Assembly: GCA_963934255.1 (NCBI GenBank)
Contig: CAWVXU010000022.1
Location: 1 to 32,957 of the forward strand
DNA: 32,957 nucleotides
Origin: an uncultured Fibrobacterales bacterium
Lineage (GTDB): Bacteria > Fibrobacterota > Fibrobacteria > Fibrobacterales > CAWVXU01
Direction of reading: 5' to 3'
Below are positions 10,652 to 21,196 of the stretch, piece after piece (the stretch's first letter is position 1; every line of letters begins with the position of its first letter). The notes under the pieces are model-generated. The model was not told where the DNA came from and searched no databases. It saw only the letters and a list, made by a program, of their open reading frames with translations. Made by a program: the position numbers and the translations under genes.

Positions 10652-11140
10652 ATGAAATTATTAATCAAAACAATGCTTATCAGCGCTATTTGCACAGGAT
10701 TCATTGCATGTTATGAAGAGAAAAAGACAGTTTCAGCACCTAAGCCGAAAGAAGAAGTTATCCAAAAGGTGATGGCTAAAAAAGTAGAGCCTTCCCTGAC
10801 CCAAGCTGAAGCAAGAGTCTTCTTTAAAAATCTAAAAGACGGTGATGTGGTTACCTCACCATTAACAGTTGAATTTGGTGTTGAAGGGATGGAAGTAGCT
10901 AAAGCTGGTAATGTGGTTGAATTATCTGGTCATCATCATTTATTAATTAATGTAGATACGATTGATTTTAAATCACCTGTACCTAGTGATGAGACACATA
11001 TTCATTATGGTGGCGGGCAAAAAACAGCGACAGTTGAGCTCAAGCCGGGGAAGCATAAATTGACCATGCTTTTTGCAAATGGTTCTCATGTTCCTCACGC
11101 CAAGCCATTGACGACGAGTATCACGGTTGAAGTGAAATAG
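10652..11140 (+). CDS. DUF4399-like lipoprotein
   Basis: Lipobox FIAC, then VFFKNLKDGDVV, GHHHLLI, HIHYGGGQ and LKPGKHKLT...HVPH, the pattern I recognise for DUF4399. Confidence 0.8.
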   Translation: MKLLIKTMLISAICTGFIACYEEKKTVSAPKPKEEVIQKVMAKKVEPSLTQAEARVFFKNLKDGDVVTSPLTVEFGVEGMEVAKAGNVVELSGHHHLLINVDTIDFKSPVPSDETHIHYGGGQKTATVELKPGKHKLTMLFANGSHVPHAKPLTTSITVEVK

Positions 11141-11159
11141 TATTAGATCAGATTTGGTT

Positions 11160-11191
11160 AAAAAAGGACTTCTTTTGAAGTCCTTTTTTTT
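11160..11191. terminator. Bidirectional intrinsic terminator between convergent genes
   Basis: AAAAAAGGACTTC-TTTT-GAAGTCCTTTTTTTT, with A- and T-tracts on both sides. Confidence 0.85.
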
Positions 11192-11210
11192 CTTCATGAT
11201 TATTCACTCG

Positions 11211-11750
11211 TTAGTTTTGACTTAGTTTGTTTTTAAATAGTCCCAGTGATTTGTCCTTAATGCAGTCCTTTGGATTAAATATTTGGCCTTGAAAGCACAT
11301 ATATACTCCAGATTCTAAGCTATTTAAGCTCAACATTGATGCACCTAGATTAAACTCAGCATCAGAGCCAACAACTCTAGCCGGCACCATTGCTCCTGTG
11401 AGTATAATTGTTTTTTTGCTGAGATTATCGGCACTATCATTGAAATTTTCTAAAACCTGCGCTGTTTCAATGATAGTATCTGTTCCATGGGTGATGAGAA
11501 TTTTGGTTTGAGAACTATTCTTGATACATCGGATCAACTGGTTACGATGTAATTCAGTCATCTCCAAACTATCAATTAAAAACGGAGTCTCAATTTGAAT
11601 TTTGTTTTGAAATCGAGCATGTTGAATTAATTCTGGTACTATAGAATTTTCAAAGGCTAATTCACCAGTGATTTGATTATAACTCTTATCCAGCGTACCA
11701 CCAGTGATAATTATTTTAATTTCAGCTAAAGATTTCACTATTTGTCTCAT
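11211..11750 (-). CDS. Short asparaginase-domain protein (N-terminal catalytic domain only)
   Basis: IIITGGTLDK and ITHGTDT catalytic-Thr motifs, plus TGAMVP and SDAEFNLG. Start moved from the track's 11861 to ATG 11750 because the extension looks like AT-rich intergenic DNA. Confidence 0.85.
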   Translation of the reverse strand: MRQIVKSLAEIKIIITGGTLDKSYNQITGELAFENSIVPELIQHARFQNKIQIETPFLIDSLEMTELHRNQLIRCIKNSSQTKILITHGTDTIIETAQVLENFNDSADNLSKKTIILTGAMVPARVVGSDAEFNLGASMLSLNSLESGVYMCFQGQIFNPKDCIKDKSLGLFKNKLSQN

Positions 11751-12097
11751 TTTGAGTGTCTTGAATGTAATATAAAATAAAATTTTGATATAATACAAGC
11801 AATCAAAATTGAGGTTATGGCTAAGGAAAATCGAATATATAGCCGCGTCACAGTAACTCAAAGTCTACAGCTACTTTTTTTTAAATATCGAAGCCCTCGT
11901 GGAGATTATCGAGATATACTTGGTTTGTGATTAAATGAGAGATTTTAGGGTAAAGCGGTCTTGATATCAATGACGGGGTAAACTGAAGAAAGTGGGTTTT
12001 TTAATTGGACTGTACATGAAAATATTCAATCACTTTGGGAAATCGGCCTATGTATTGTTGAATAGCTTGCAACAGCTCAAATCATCGCACAGGTATC

Positions 12098-12141
12098 AGA
12101 TGTTTGGCCATAAAAAAAGAGATGTTTGGCCATAAAAAAAG
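12098..12141 (+). repeat. Perfect 22-bp tandem duplication
   Basis: AGATGTTTGGCCATAAAAAAAG at 12098-12119 and 12120-12141. Confidence 0.95.
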
Positions 12142-12167
12142 CACTTAATATAAATATTAAGTGCTTT
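12134..12167 (-). terminator. Intrinsic terminator downstream of tRNA-Gly
   Basis: Inverted repeat AAAGCACTTAATA-taaa-TATTAAGTGCTTT. The A-tract on the left gives a U-tract on the minus strand. Confidence 0.8.
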
Positions 12168-12174
12168 AGCTATA

Positions 12175-12247
12175 AGCGAAATACGAGACTCGAACCCGTG
12201 ACCTCCACCTTGGCAAGGTGATGCTCTACCAACTGAGCTAATTTCGC
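12175..12247 (-). tRNA. tRNA-Gly(GCC), CCA not encoded
   Basis: Reverse complement GCGAAATTAGCTCAGTTGGTAGAGCATCACCTTGCCAAGGTGGAGGTCACGGGTTCGAGTCTCGTATTTCGCT. Acceptor stem GCGAAAT/ATTTCGC, anticodon loop TTGCCAA. Confidence 0.95.
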
Positions 12248-12274
12248 GTATCACACCCTTACGAATGTGACCCA

Positions 12275-12302
12275 AATATATTAAGAACGAAATGAACGTC
12301 AA
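12275..12302 (-). promoter_or_regulatory. Candidate sigma70 promoter for tRNA-Gly
   Basis: Minus strand TTGACG-16 nt-TATATT, ending 27 nt upstream of the tRNA 5' end. Confidence 0.45.
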
Positions 12303-12321
12303 GCTAAAAGGTGAAAAAGTT

Positions 12322-14313
<1,992 letters not shown>

Positions 14314-14384
14314 CTAGTAAGTATTTGGTCGTTGAGATTGACGCGAACGGAGGTGGTTTTGAAAAATTGAATGAATTAAAAAAA

Positions 14385-16583
14385 CTACAAGTGTTTAATT
14401 ATTTCCCTAAAGAAGTCTTCTTTCTTAAGTGGTTTGGATATGTATCCGTCAAAGCCTTGCTTTTTAAGATGTTCCATTTCATCTTTGCTTATTAATTTAG
14501 CACTGAGCCCAATGATAGGGAGACTTGTTAAATTGAGATCATCTCTAATGGCTTTTGTTGCTTCATGCCCAGTCATTCGAGGCATTTGAAAATCCATCAA
14601 TACCAGATCGGGGTGGTTGTTTTGAATAGAGCTAATCGCCTGATGCCCATCATTTACTTCAAATATTTGGAAACCTGCCTTTGAAAGTAAGTTTCTCATA
14701 ATCATTCGGGTGAGGGCATTATCATCAGCAATGAGAATTTTTTTTAAAGAATTGACTTTGACTTGTTCAGGAGTTAATAAGGATTCAATAATTCTTCTAC
14801 TCTCGTGATCAATACTTTTAAAAATATTTAAATATGTCATATTACTAATAGGTGTATATACCATATTCAGCTGATATTCAGATTTAAGAGCATGGTTTTC
14901 TGGGTGGACAATAAGAGTAACAGGAGTTGACTGTATTTGCATATATTGTAAGGCAGTTTTCATCTTTTCACTTTGGATTTCAGAGAAACTTAAACTTAGT
15001 ATAACTTTAAATGGTTTGACTGATTTGTAACTTTTGAGTAAGGAATCTACGCAAGATGAAGGGAATGGAGTATGGCCTGCTTCAAATGTGAATTTTTGTA
15101 ATTTTGATAATTCAAAAGTATATGAGCTATGAACTAAAACAGTCTGATTGCTGTTTTGAGTTGGAGCTATTTTAAATGGTAATTTGCCTATGTTGACCGG
15201 CTTGAGGGGGAGAGTTAAAGAAAATATTGAACCTTTTTTTTCCGTACTTATTACAGATAATTTACCATGAAATAAATCAGTAATTTTTTGAACGATTGAG
15301 AGCCCGAGGCCGGTGCCACCGTATTGTCTTGTAGTCGAACTATCAACTTGTTCAAAACTTTTAAATATCTTGTCTATTGCGTTTAATGGTATACCAATCC
15401 CCGTGTCTTCGACCTCAATCGCAAGCTCTGATTTGTCAAGAGTTGATGGGCTTACCCGTATCTCAATATGACCTTTCTGAGTGAACTTAATGGCATTCCC
15501 AACAAGGTTGTTGATAATTTGTTTTATTCGAGTAGGGTCACCCATGAAATGAGTAGATAGTTGAGGAGAATAATCAAATAATATTCGAATATCCGAGGCT
15601 GCTAATTTGAAATTTAGAAGTTTCAAAGTATCTAAAATCGTATCATGTAAATTAAACTCAACGATTTCAAGATGAAGCTTGGTTGAGTCAATTTTTGAGA
15701 AATCAAGTAAATCATTAATGATGCCAAGAAGACCTTGGCCTGCAGTTTCAATTACCATTGCATAATCCATTTGTTCTTCATCTAACTCAGTGTCTCTCAT
15801 GAGATCTATAGCTCCTATAACTCCACTAAGTGGTGTTCTGAGTTCATGGGAAATGTTGGAAACAAAGTCGCTCCTTGATTTAATCATTTCCTTTTCTTTT
15901 AAGAATGCTTTTTGTTGGATTATCTGGGTTCGTCTAAATCTAAAATGTAGAATGATCGCTAAAAACAACCCTAAAAAAATCGCTATAAGAACCAACCATT
16001 CAAGGCGATATCTTTGGAGTTCATTTTTTAATAATTTCATTTCAGCGATTTCATTGGAAGTGGATTTTTTGAATTGGATATATGAAGTTAAATCAGTAAA
16101 TATCATTGTTAGACTGTTAATTAAGTGGGTAACCTTATGATGTTTGAACTTACCAATATAGTCCACATTGTTTATGGTTTGATGTTGATCAGTATCAAGT
16201 TGTTCATTGTACAATTCATGTACTTCACGATTGATTAGCTGTAAATATTTTTGGAGTTTGACTTTGTCTTCTGCTGGTATTTGGATTTGATCCACTTGGT
16301 TTAGACCTAAATCAAAATGAGTATCAAATGTCTTCTTGGTTTGATGTAGGTTTTCACGATTAGGTAAACTAATCATTTGAGCGACATAAGTCAGCTTGAC
16401 AGAAGAAGCCTCAATAGTCATGACACGGCTGAGGAGTGTGTCATAATTGTCTTGAATTATGCGATTATTGGTTAAATCATTCGCACTCTTTTGATTGATA
16501 ATATGACTCAAACCAAGGCTCACTAAAATGAGAAGTGCAATGGCTGCGTAGAGTAATTGCCAAAATTTTTCAAAAAAGTGCAA
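14385..16583 (-). CDS. Membrane-bound hybrid sensor histidine kinase/response regulator
   Basis: Two TM segments flanking a periplasmic region, H-box SHELRTPL, N-box NLVGNAIKFT, G boxes DTGIGI and GGTGLGL, and a C-terminal receiver (IADDN...LMDFQMP...ISKP). The TTG start is uncertain. Confidence 0.92.
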   Translation of the reverse strand: MHFFEKFWQLLYAAIALLILVSLGLSHIINQKSANDLTNNRIIQDNYDTLLSRVMTIEASSVKLTYVAQMISLPNRENLHQTKKTFDTHFDLGLNQVDQIQIPAEDKVKLQKYLQLINREVHELYNEQLDTDQHQTINNVDYIGKFKHHKVTHLINSLTMIFTDLTSYIQFKKSTSNEIAEMKLLKNELQRYRLEWLVLIAIFLGLFLAIILHFRFRRTQIIQQKAFLKEKEMIKSRSDFVSNISHELRTPLSGVIGAIDLMRDTELDEEQMDYAMVIETAGQGLLGIINDLLDFSKIDSTKLHLEIVEFNLHDTILDTLKLLNFKLAASDIRILFDYSPQLSTHFMGDPTRIKQIINNLVGNAIKFTQKGHIEIRVSPSTLDKSELAIEVEDTGIGIPLNAIDKIFKSFEQVDSSTTRQYGGTGLGLSIVQKITDLFHGKLSVISTEKKGSIFSLTLPLKPVNIGKLPFKIAPTQNSNQTVLVHSSYTFELSKLQKFTFEAGHTPFPSSCVDSLLKSYKSVKPFKVILSLSFSEIQSEKMKTALQYMQIQSTPVTLIVHPENHALKSEYQLNMVYTPISNMTYLNIFKSIDHESRRIIESLLTPEQVKVNSLKKILIADDNALTRMIMRNLLSKAGFQIFEVNDGHQAISSIQNNHPDLVLMDFQMPRMTGHEATKAIRDDLNLTSLPIIGLSAKLISKDEMEHLKKQGFDGYISKPLKKEDFFREIIKHL

Positions 16584-16875
16584 AGATAATCACCCGGGCT
16601 AATTGTTCGAAATCAAGACTAATTTATAATCCTCTCAAGTGGCATAAAAGTAGTTAAATATGATCACCATCTTCTTTGAAATTGACATCGATAGGGCTAG
16701 GTTTAGGTATTTCTAAGGTTTTATTGATACTTGGATGATATATTAAGTCGTTCCTCTGCCTTGTGTGATTCCAATTCATTGAATGATCAAAAAATTAATA
16801 AAACTATCAAGTATATTATTTAAAATCACTATAGATTGAGCTAAATTTGACGGCTACCAAAATTGTGGGGAAACT

Positions 16876-18777
16876 ATGATAAACTGGAGCTCGGAACGAG
16901 CTGAAGAACTCTATAATGTTAAAAAGTGGGGCGAAGGTCATTTTGGAGTCCAATCTGACGGTTTGGTTCATATTAATACTAGTCTCACTGAAAAACCTTC
17001 TTCAGTTTCAATCCATCAAGTGATTGAAAATCTGGTTTCTAGTGGGCATGAGATGCCTGTTTTGTTGCGTATTGCTAATACTTTAGATGAAAGAATTAGG
17101 TACTTACACAAATCATTTCAAGAAGCAATTGAGAGACGTGGATATTTAAACCAGTATAAAGGCGTCTTCCCAATTAAAGTGAATCAACAGCAGCATGTTG
17201 TCGCTCATATTGCAGGTTTTGGGAAACAATTCCATCATGGCCTTGAAGTGGGCTCTAAAGCCGAGCTTATTGCTGCAATGTCATTTTTAGATGATCCAAT
17301 GGCCCTTCTTATTCTCAACGGTTATAAGGATCGCGAGTTTGTTGATTTGGGGCTTTATGCCCAACAAATAGGAATGAATGTGGTTTTTGTTTTGGAAATG
17401 CAATCCGAACTAGATTTAATCCTTAAACAAGCTCAGCTAATTGATGTAGAACCCTCCTTTGGCGTGAGAATGAGGTTGTCAACTCAAACTTCAGGTACGT
17501 GGGCTCAATCATCTGGGGATAGGAGTGTTTTTGGATTAACCGCTTCTCAAGTGATTGAAGTAGTGGATCAATTAAAATCTCAGAATAAACTTCATCTTTT
17601 AAATATGCTTCACTATCACTTGGGTTCACAAATTCCGGATATCAATCAAATTCGGTCTGGCGTCCAAGAGGCTACTCTCATATATCGTGACTTAGCTAGA
17701 GAAGGTGCTGATATGAAAATTCTAGACCTTGGTGGAGGATTGGGAGTAGATTATGATGGTTCTCTCTCTAATAATCCAAATTCAAGGAATTATACCCTCG
17801 AAGAGTATTGTGATGTGATTGTCTACGAAATTAAAAGTGGGCTCGATAATACAGGGGTTGCCGAACCAATCATCGTGACAGAATCAGGAAGAGCTACTGT
17901 TGCTTATTCGTCTGTATTAATCTTCAATATACTCGATCAACACAATCATTCTGAATTGCCGAAAATACCTGATTTACCTTCAAATAAAGAGACTATAGTT
18001 AGGCTTCGAAATATCAATGAAGCCCTAAACACAGATAATTTTCATGAATTATATAATGAGGCTTCTTTTTTAAAAGCTCAAATAGAGGATTCCTTTAAAC
18101 ATCATACGATGAATTTAAGGGAACGCGGCGAGGGCGAATCAATTTATTGGCATTTTATGTCAAGACTAGCTAAAATTTTACAAGCGATAGATATTGATAA
18201 GATCCCTGAAGTACTTCACGAGCATCGACGTGTCCCGATGGATGTCTACTATGGGAATTTTAGTCTTTTCCAAAGTTTACCGGATGTATGGGCAATTGAT
18301 CAAGTACTGCCTGTTGTCCCAATTCATCGCTTGGATGAGCGACCGATGGAACGAGCAATCCTCAGTGACATTACTTGTGATTGTGATGGTAAGTTAGATA
18401 CTTTTTTAAATCAATCTGAATTGGGATTCCCGGTCCACAAATTGAAAAAAGATGAAGAGTATTATTTAGGAGTTTTTCTCGTGGGTGCCTATCAAGAGAC
18501 TTTGGGGGATTTGCATAATTTACTCGGCGATACACATGTCGTTACTATTGAGATTACTGATCAAGATGAATATAATATCGTAGGTCAAATTGAAGGCGAT
18601 AGTGTGCAAGATGTTCTTAGTTACGTTGAATATGATTCAATTAAATTGAGTGAAAGATTTAATCATTTTGTTGATAAATCAGTTCAATCTGGCGCCGTGA
18701 GTATTGATGAATCACGTATCATAAAAAAAGCTTATCAAGTTGGACTTGAAGGCTATACTTATTTCGAGAGGAATTAA
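16876..18777 (+). CDS. speA: Biosynthetic arginine decarboxylase
   Basis: FPIKVNQ PLP lysine, GLEVGSKAEL, NGYKD, HYHLGSQI, DLGGGLGVDYDG, TESGRA, DITCDCDG and GAYQETLGDLHNL. Confidence 0.96.
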   Translation: MINWSSERAEELYNVKKWGEGHFGVQSDGLVHINTSLTEKPSSVSIHQVIENLVSSGHEMPVLLRIANTLDERIRYLHKSFQEAIERRGYLNQYKGVFPIKVNQQQHVVAHIAGFGKQFHHGLEVGSKAELIAAMSFLDDPMALLILNGYKDREFVDLGLYAQQIGMNVVFVLEMQSELDLILKQAQLIDVEPSFGVRMRLSTQTSGTWAQSSGDRSVFGLTASQVIEVVDQLKSQNKLHLLNMLHYHLGSQIPDINQIRSGVQEATLIYRDLAREGADMKILDLGGGLGVDYDGSLSNNPNSRNYTLEEYCDVIVYEIKSGLDNTGVAEPIIVTESGRATVAYSSVLIFNILDQHNHSELPKIPDLPSNKETIVRLRNINEALNTDNFHELYNEASFLKAQIEDSFKHHTMNLRERGEGESIYWHFMSRLAKILQAIDIDKIPEVLHEHRRVPMDVYYGNFSLFQSLPDVWAIDQVLPVVPIHRLDERPMERAILSDITCDCDGKLDTFLNQSELGFPVHKLKKDEEYYLGVFLVGAYQETLGDLHNLLGDTHVVTIEITDQDEYNIVGQIEGDSVQDVLSYVEYDSIKLSERFNHFVDKSVQSGAVSIDESRIIKKAYQVGLEGYTYFERN

Positions 18778-18778
18778 A

Positions 18779-19984
18779 ATGTCAAAAATAGTCATTATAG
18801 GAGCTGGTGGAGTGGGTTCAGTGGTTACTCATAAATGTGCATTGAATAAAAATATTTTTAGCGAAATTATCCTGGCATCTAGAACCGAATCTAAATGCGA
18901 TGCCATTGCTTTATCGGTGAAAAATAATACTGGAATGGATATTCAAACGGCGCAAGTTGATGCCGACAAGGTCTCTGAACTTGTAGATTTATTTAACAAA
19001 CACAAGCCTAAGCTTGTCATTAATGTAGCTCTTCCATATCAAGATCTGACCATCATGGATGCCTGTCTTGAATGTGGTGTTCACTATCTAGATACAGCAA
19101 ACTATGAACCTATCGATAATGCTAAGTTTGAGTACCATTGGCAGTGGGCGTATCAAGAACGGTTTAAAGAACGTGGATTGATGGCCTTGTTGGGGTCAGG
19201 GTTTGATCCTGGTGTCACTAATGTTTTTACTGCATATGGTTTGAAACATTATTTTGATGAAATTCAATATCTTGACATTATCGATGTCAATGGAGGCCAT
19301 AATGCTGAACATTTTGCCACTAACTTTAATCCTGAAATTAACATCCGTGAAGTGACTGCAGAATGTCGTCATTGGGAAAATGGTCAGTTTGTCACAAGTG
19401 ATACAATGTCTTTACATCAGAGCTTTGAATGCCCAGAGAAGGTGGGGAACTATGAAGTTTATCGAATGTATCATGAAGAGTTAGAATCTCTGACTAAACA
19501 TATTCCTACGATTAAAAAAGCTCAGTTTTGGATGAGTTTTTCGCCTAATTATTTAAAACACATAGAGGTTATTCAAAATATTGGAATGTCTAGTATTGAC
19601 CCGATTGTTTATAATGGAGAAGAAATTGTTCCATTGCAGTTTTTAAAAGCAGTCCTACCTAATCCTGGTGATCTAGGTAAATCAACGAAGGGGCGCACTT
19701 GTATTGGGAATATCATTCGCGGTAAAAAAGATGGATTGGATAAGTCAATTTATATATATAACATCTGTGACCATGAAAGTTGTTTTGCAGAAGTCGGATC
19801 TCAAGCGATTTCGTATACAACAGGAGTACCTGCGATGATAGGTGCCATGATGATGCTTCAAGGTAAATGGAAAGATGAGGGTGTTTTTAATATGGAACAA
19901 ATGGACCCCGACCCATTTATGGAACAATTGAAATTAAATGGACTTCCTTGGCATATCATGGAAAATGATTTACCATGGAGCTAG
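18779..19984 (+). CDS. Carboxy(nor)spermidine dehydrogenase (saccharopine dehydrogenase family)
   Basis: IIGAGGVG Rossmann motif, ALPYQDLTIMDACL, YLDTANYE, GFDPG and FATNFNPEINIRE. Lies between speA and nspC. ATG 18779 follows a GAGAGG RBS and is preferred to the track's TTG start. Confidence 0.93.
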   Translation: MSKIVIIGAGGVGSVVTHKCALNKNIFSEIILASRTESKCDAIALSVKNNTGMDIQTAQVDADKVSELVDLFNKHKPKLVINVALPYQDLTIMDACLECGVHYLDTANYEPIDNAKFEYHWQWAYQERFKERGLMALLGSGFDPGVTNVFTAYGLKHYFDEIQYLDIIDVNGGHNAEHFATNFNPEINIREVTAECRHWENGQFVTSDTMSLHQSFECPEKVGNYEVYRMYHEELESLTKHIPTIKKAQFWMSFSPNYLKHIEVIQNIGMSSIDPIVYNGEEIVPLQFLKAVLPNPGDLGKSTKGRTCIGNIIRGKKDGLDKSIYIYNICDHESCFAEVGSQAISYTTGVPAMIGAMMMLQGKWKDEGVFNMEQMDPDPFMEQLKLNGLPWHIMENDLPWS

Positions 19985-21174
19985 ATAATAGACATTCAAG
20001 TGTTGGCACCTTTTTGACAAAAGAACACATTGAAAAGATGCCTTCTCCAAGCTTTGTCGTTTCTGAATTATTGTTACGAAAAAATTTGGAAATATTAAAA
20101 TCTATTGCGGATACTTCTGGGGCAAAAATCTTACTAGCATTGAAGGCTTTTTCTATGCACTCTTTGGGTTCAATTGTGAGTGAATACTTAAATGGAGTTT
20201 GTGCAAGTGGTATTTGGGAAGCTAAGTTAGGGCAAGAGTTTTTCCAGGGTGAAATACATTCATACTCTCCAGCTTACAAAGTCGACGAATTTATTGAACT
20301 CAGTGAAATATCTGATCACTTAAGTTTGAATTCTATTTCACAATGGGATAGTTTGTCACCTTTCTTTGTGGAGAATTGTTCATATGGTCTCAGAATAAAT
20401 CCCGAAATTTCACAGGCTGATGTTGAGCTCTATGACCCTTGTTCGCCTAAAAGTCGTTTAGGTGTCTTAAGGTCAGACTTTGATGATTTACTAGAGGGCC
20501 AAGCTTTTGATGAATCTGATCAATTTAAAAAGTTAGAAGGTCTACATTTTCATGCACTTTGCGAACAAGGTGCTAATGAATTGAAAAAAATTTTAGACAA
20601 AGTGTCTCATGAATGGGCAGACGTATTGAGTAAAGTTCAATATGTGAATTTTGGTGGTGGTCATCATATTACACATGATAATTATGATAGAGACTTGTTA
20701 ATTCAAGTGATTCAGGACTTTTCTAAACTACATCAAGTAGAAGTCTATCTAGAGCCTGGTGAGGCTATCGCCGTCCATTCTGGTTGGCTTGTCAGTGAAG
20801 TGTTAGATGTGATTGAAAACGAGCGAGGTAATGTTATTGTCGATGTGTCGGCGACTTGTCATATGCCAGATATCTTAGAGATGCCTTATCGTCCTGGAAT
20901 AATAGGTGGATACTTACCCGGTGAAAAGGAGTATTCATACCGTATTGGTGGTGTTAGCTGTCTAGCAGGTGATGTCATGGGTGAATGGTCGTTTGATCAT
21001 CCATTAAATGTGGGTGATATAATTATTTTTGATGATATGCTACACTATACGATGGTAAAAAGCACAACATTTAATGGGGTGAAACATCCAGCAATTGTTT
21101 TATTAAATAAGGATGACTCCATTGAAGTCCTTCGTGAATTTACTTATACCGACTTCAAAAACAAACTTTCCTAA
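19975..21174 (+). CDS. nspC: Carboxy(nor)spermidine decarboxylase
   Basis: LLALKAF, GLRINP, YDPCSPKSRLG, GLHFHALCEQ, NFGGGHHIT, LEPGEA, HMPDILEMPY and HYTMVK. Confidence 0.95.
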   Translation: MELDNRHSSVGTFLTKEHIEKMPSPSFVVSELLLRKNLEILKSIADTSGAKILLALKAFSMHSLGSIVSEYLNGVCASGIWEAKLGQEFFQGEIHSYSPAYKVDEFIELSEISDHLSLNSISQWDSLSPFFVENCSYGLRINPEISQADVELYDPCSPKSRLGVLRSDFDDLLEGQAFDESDQFKKLEGLHFHALCEQGANELKKILDKVSHEWADVLSKVQYVNFGGGHHITHDNYDRDLLIQVIQDFSKLHQVEVYLEPGEAIAVHSGWLVSEVLDVIENERGNVIVDVSATCHMPDILEMPYRPGIIGGYLPGEKEYSYRIGGVSCLAGDVMGEWSFDHPLNVGDIIIFDDMLHYTMVKSTTFNGVKHPAIVLLNKDDSIEVLREFTYTDFKNKLS

Positions 21175-21196
21175 GCAAAAATCTTTATTGGAGCCT

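Noticed and set aside
11751..11861. N-terminal extension of the asparaginase ORF given in the track
   Set aside because: AT-rich, promoter-like sequence. The family motif begins shortly after ATG 11750.
4676..12247. Genomic island bounded by the two tRNAs
   Set aside because: The interval holds core TCA-cycle genes, with no integrase and no duplicated tRNA 3' ends.
12096..12302. 68-aa minus-strand ORF (ISSVGRASPCQGGGHGFES)
   Set aside because: It is a translation of the tRNA-Gly gene.
16682..16712. TTGACA as the speA -35 element
   Set aside because: No convincing -10 hexamer at 16-18 nt spacing, so I cannot support it as a promoter.
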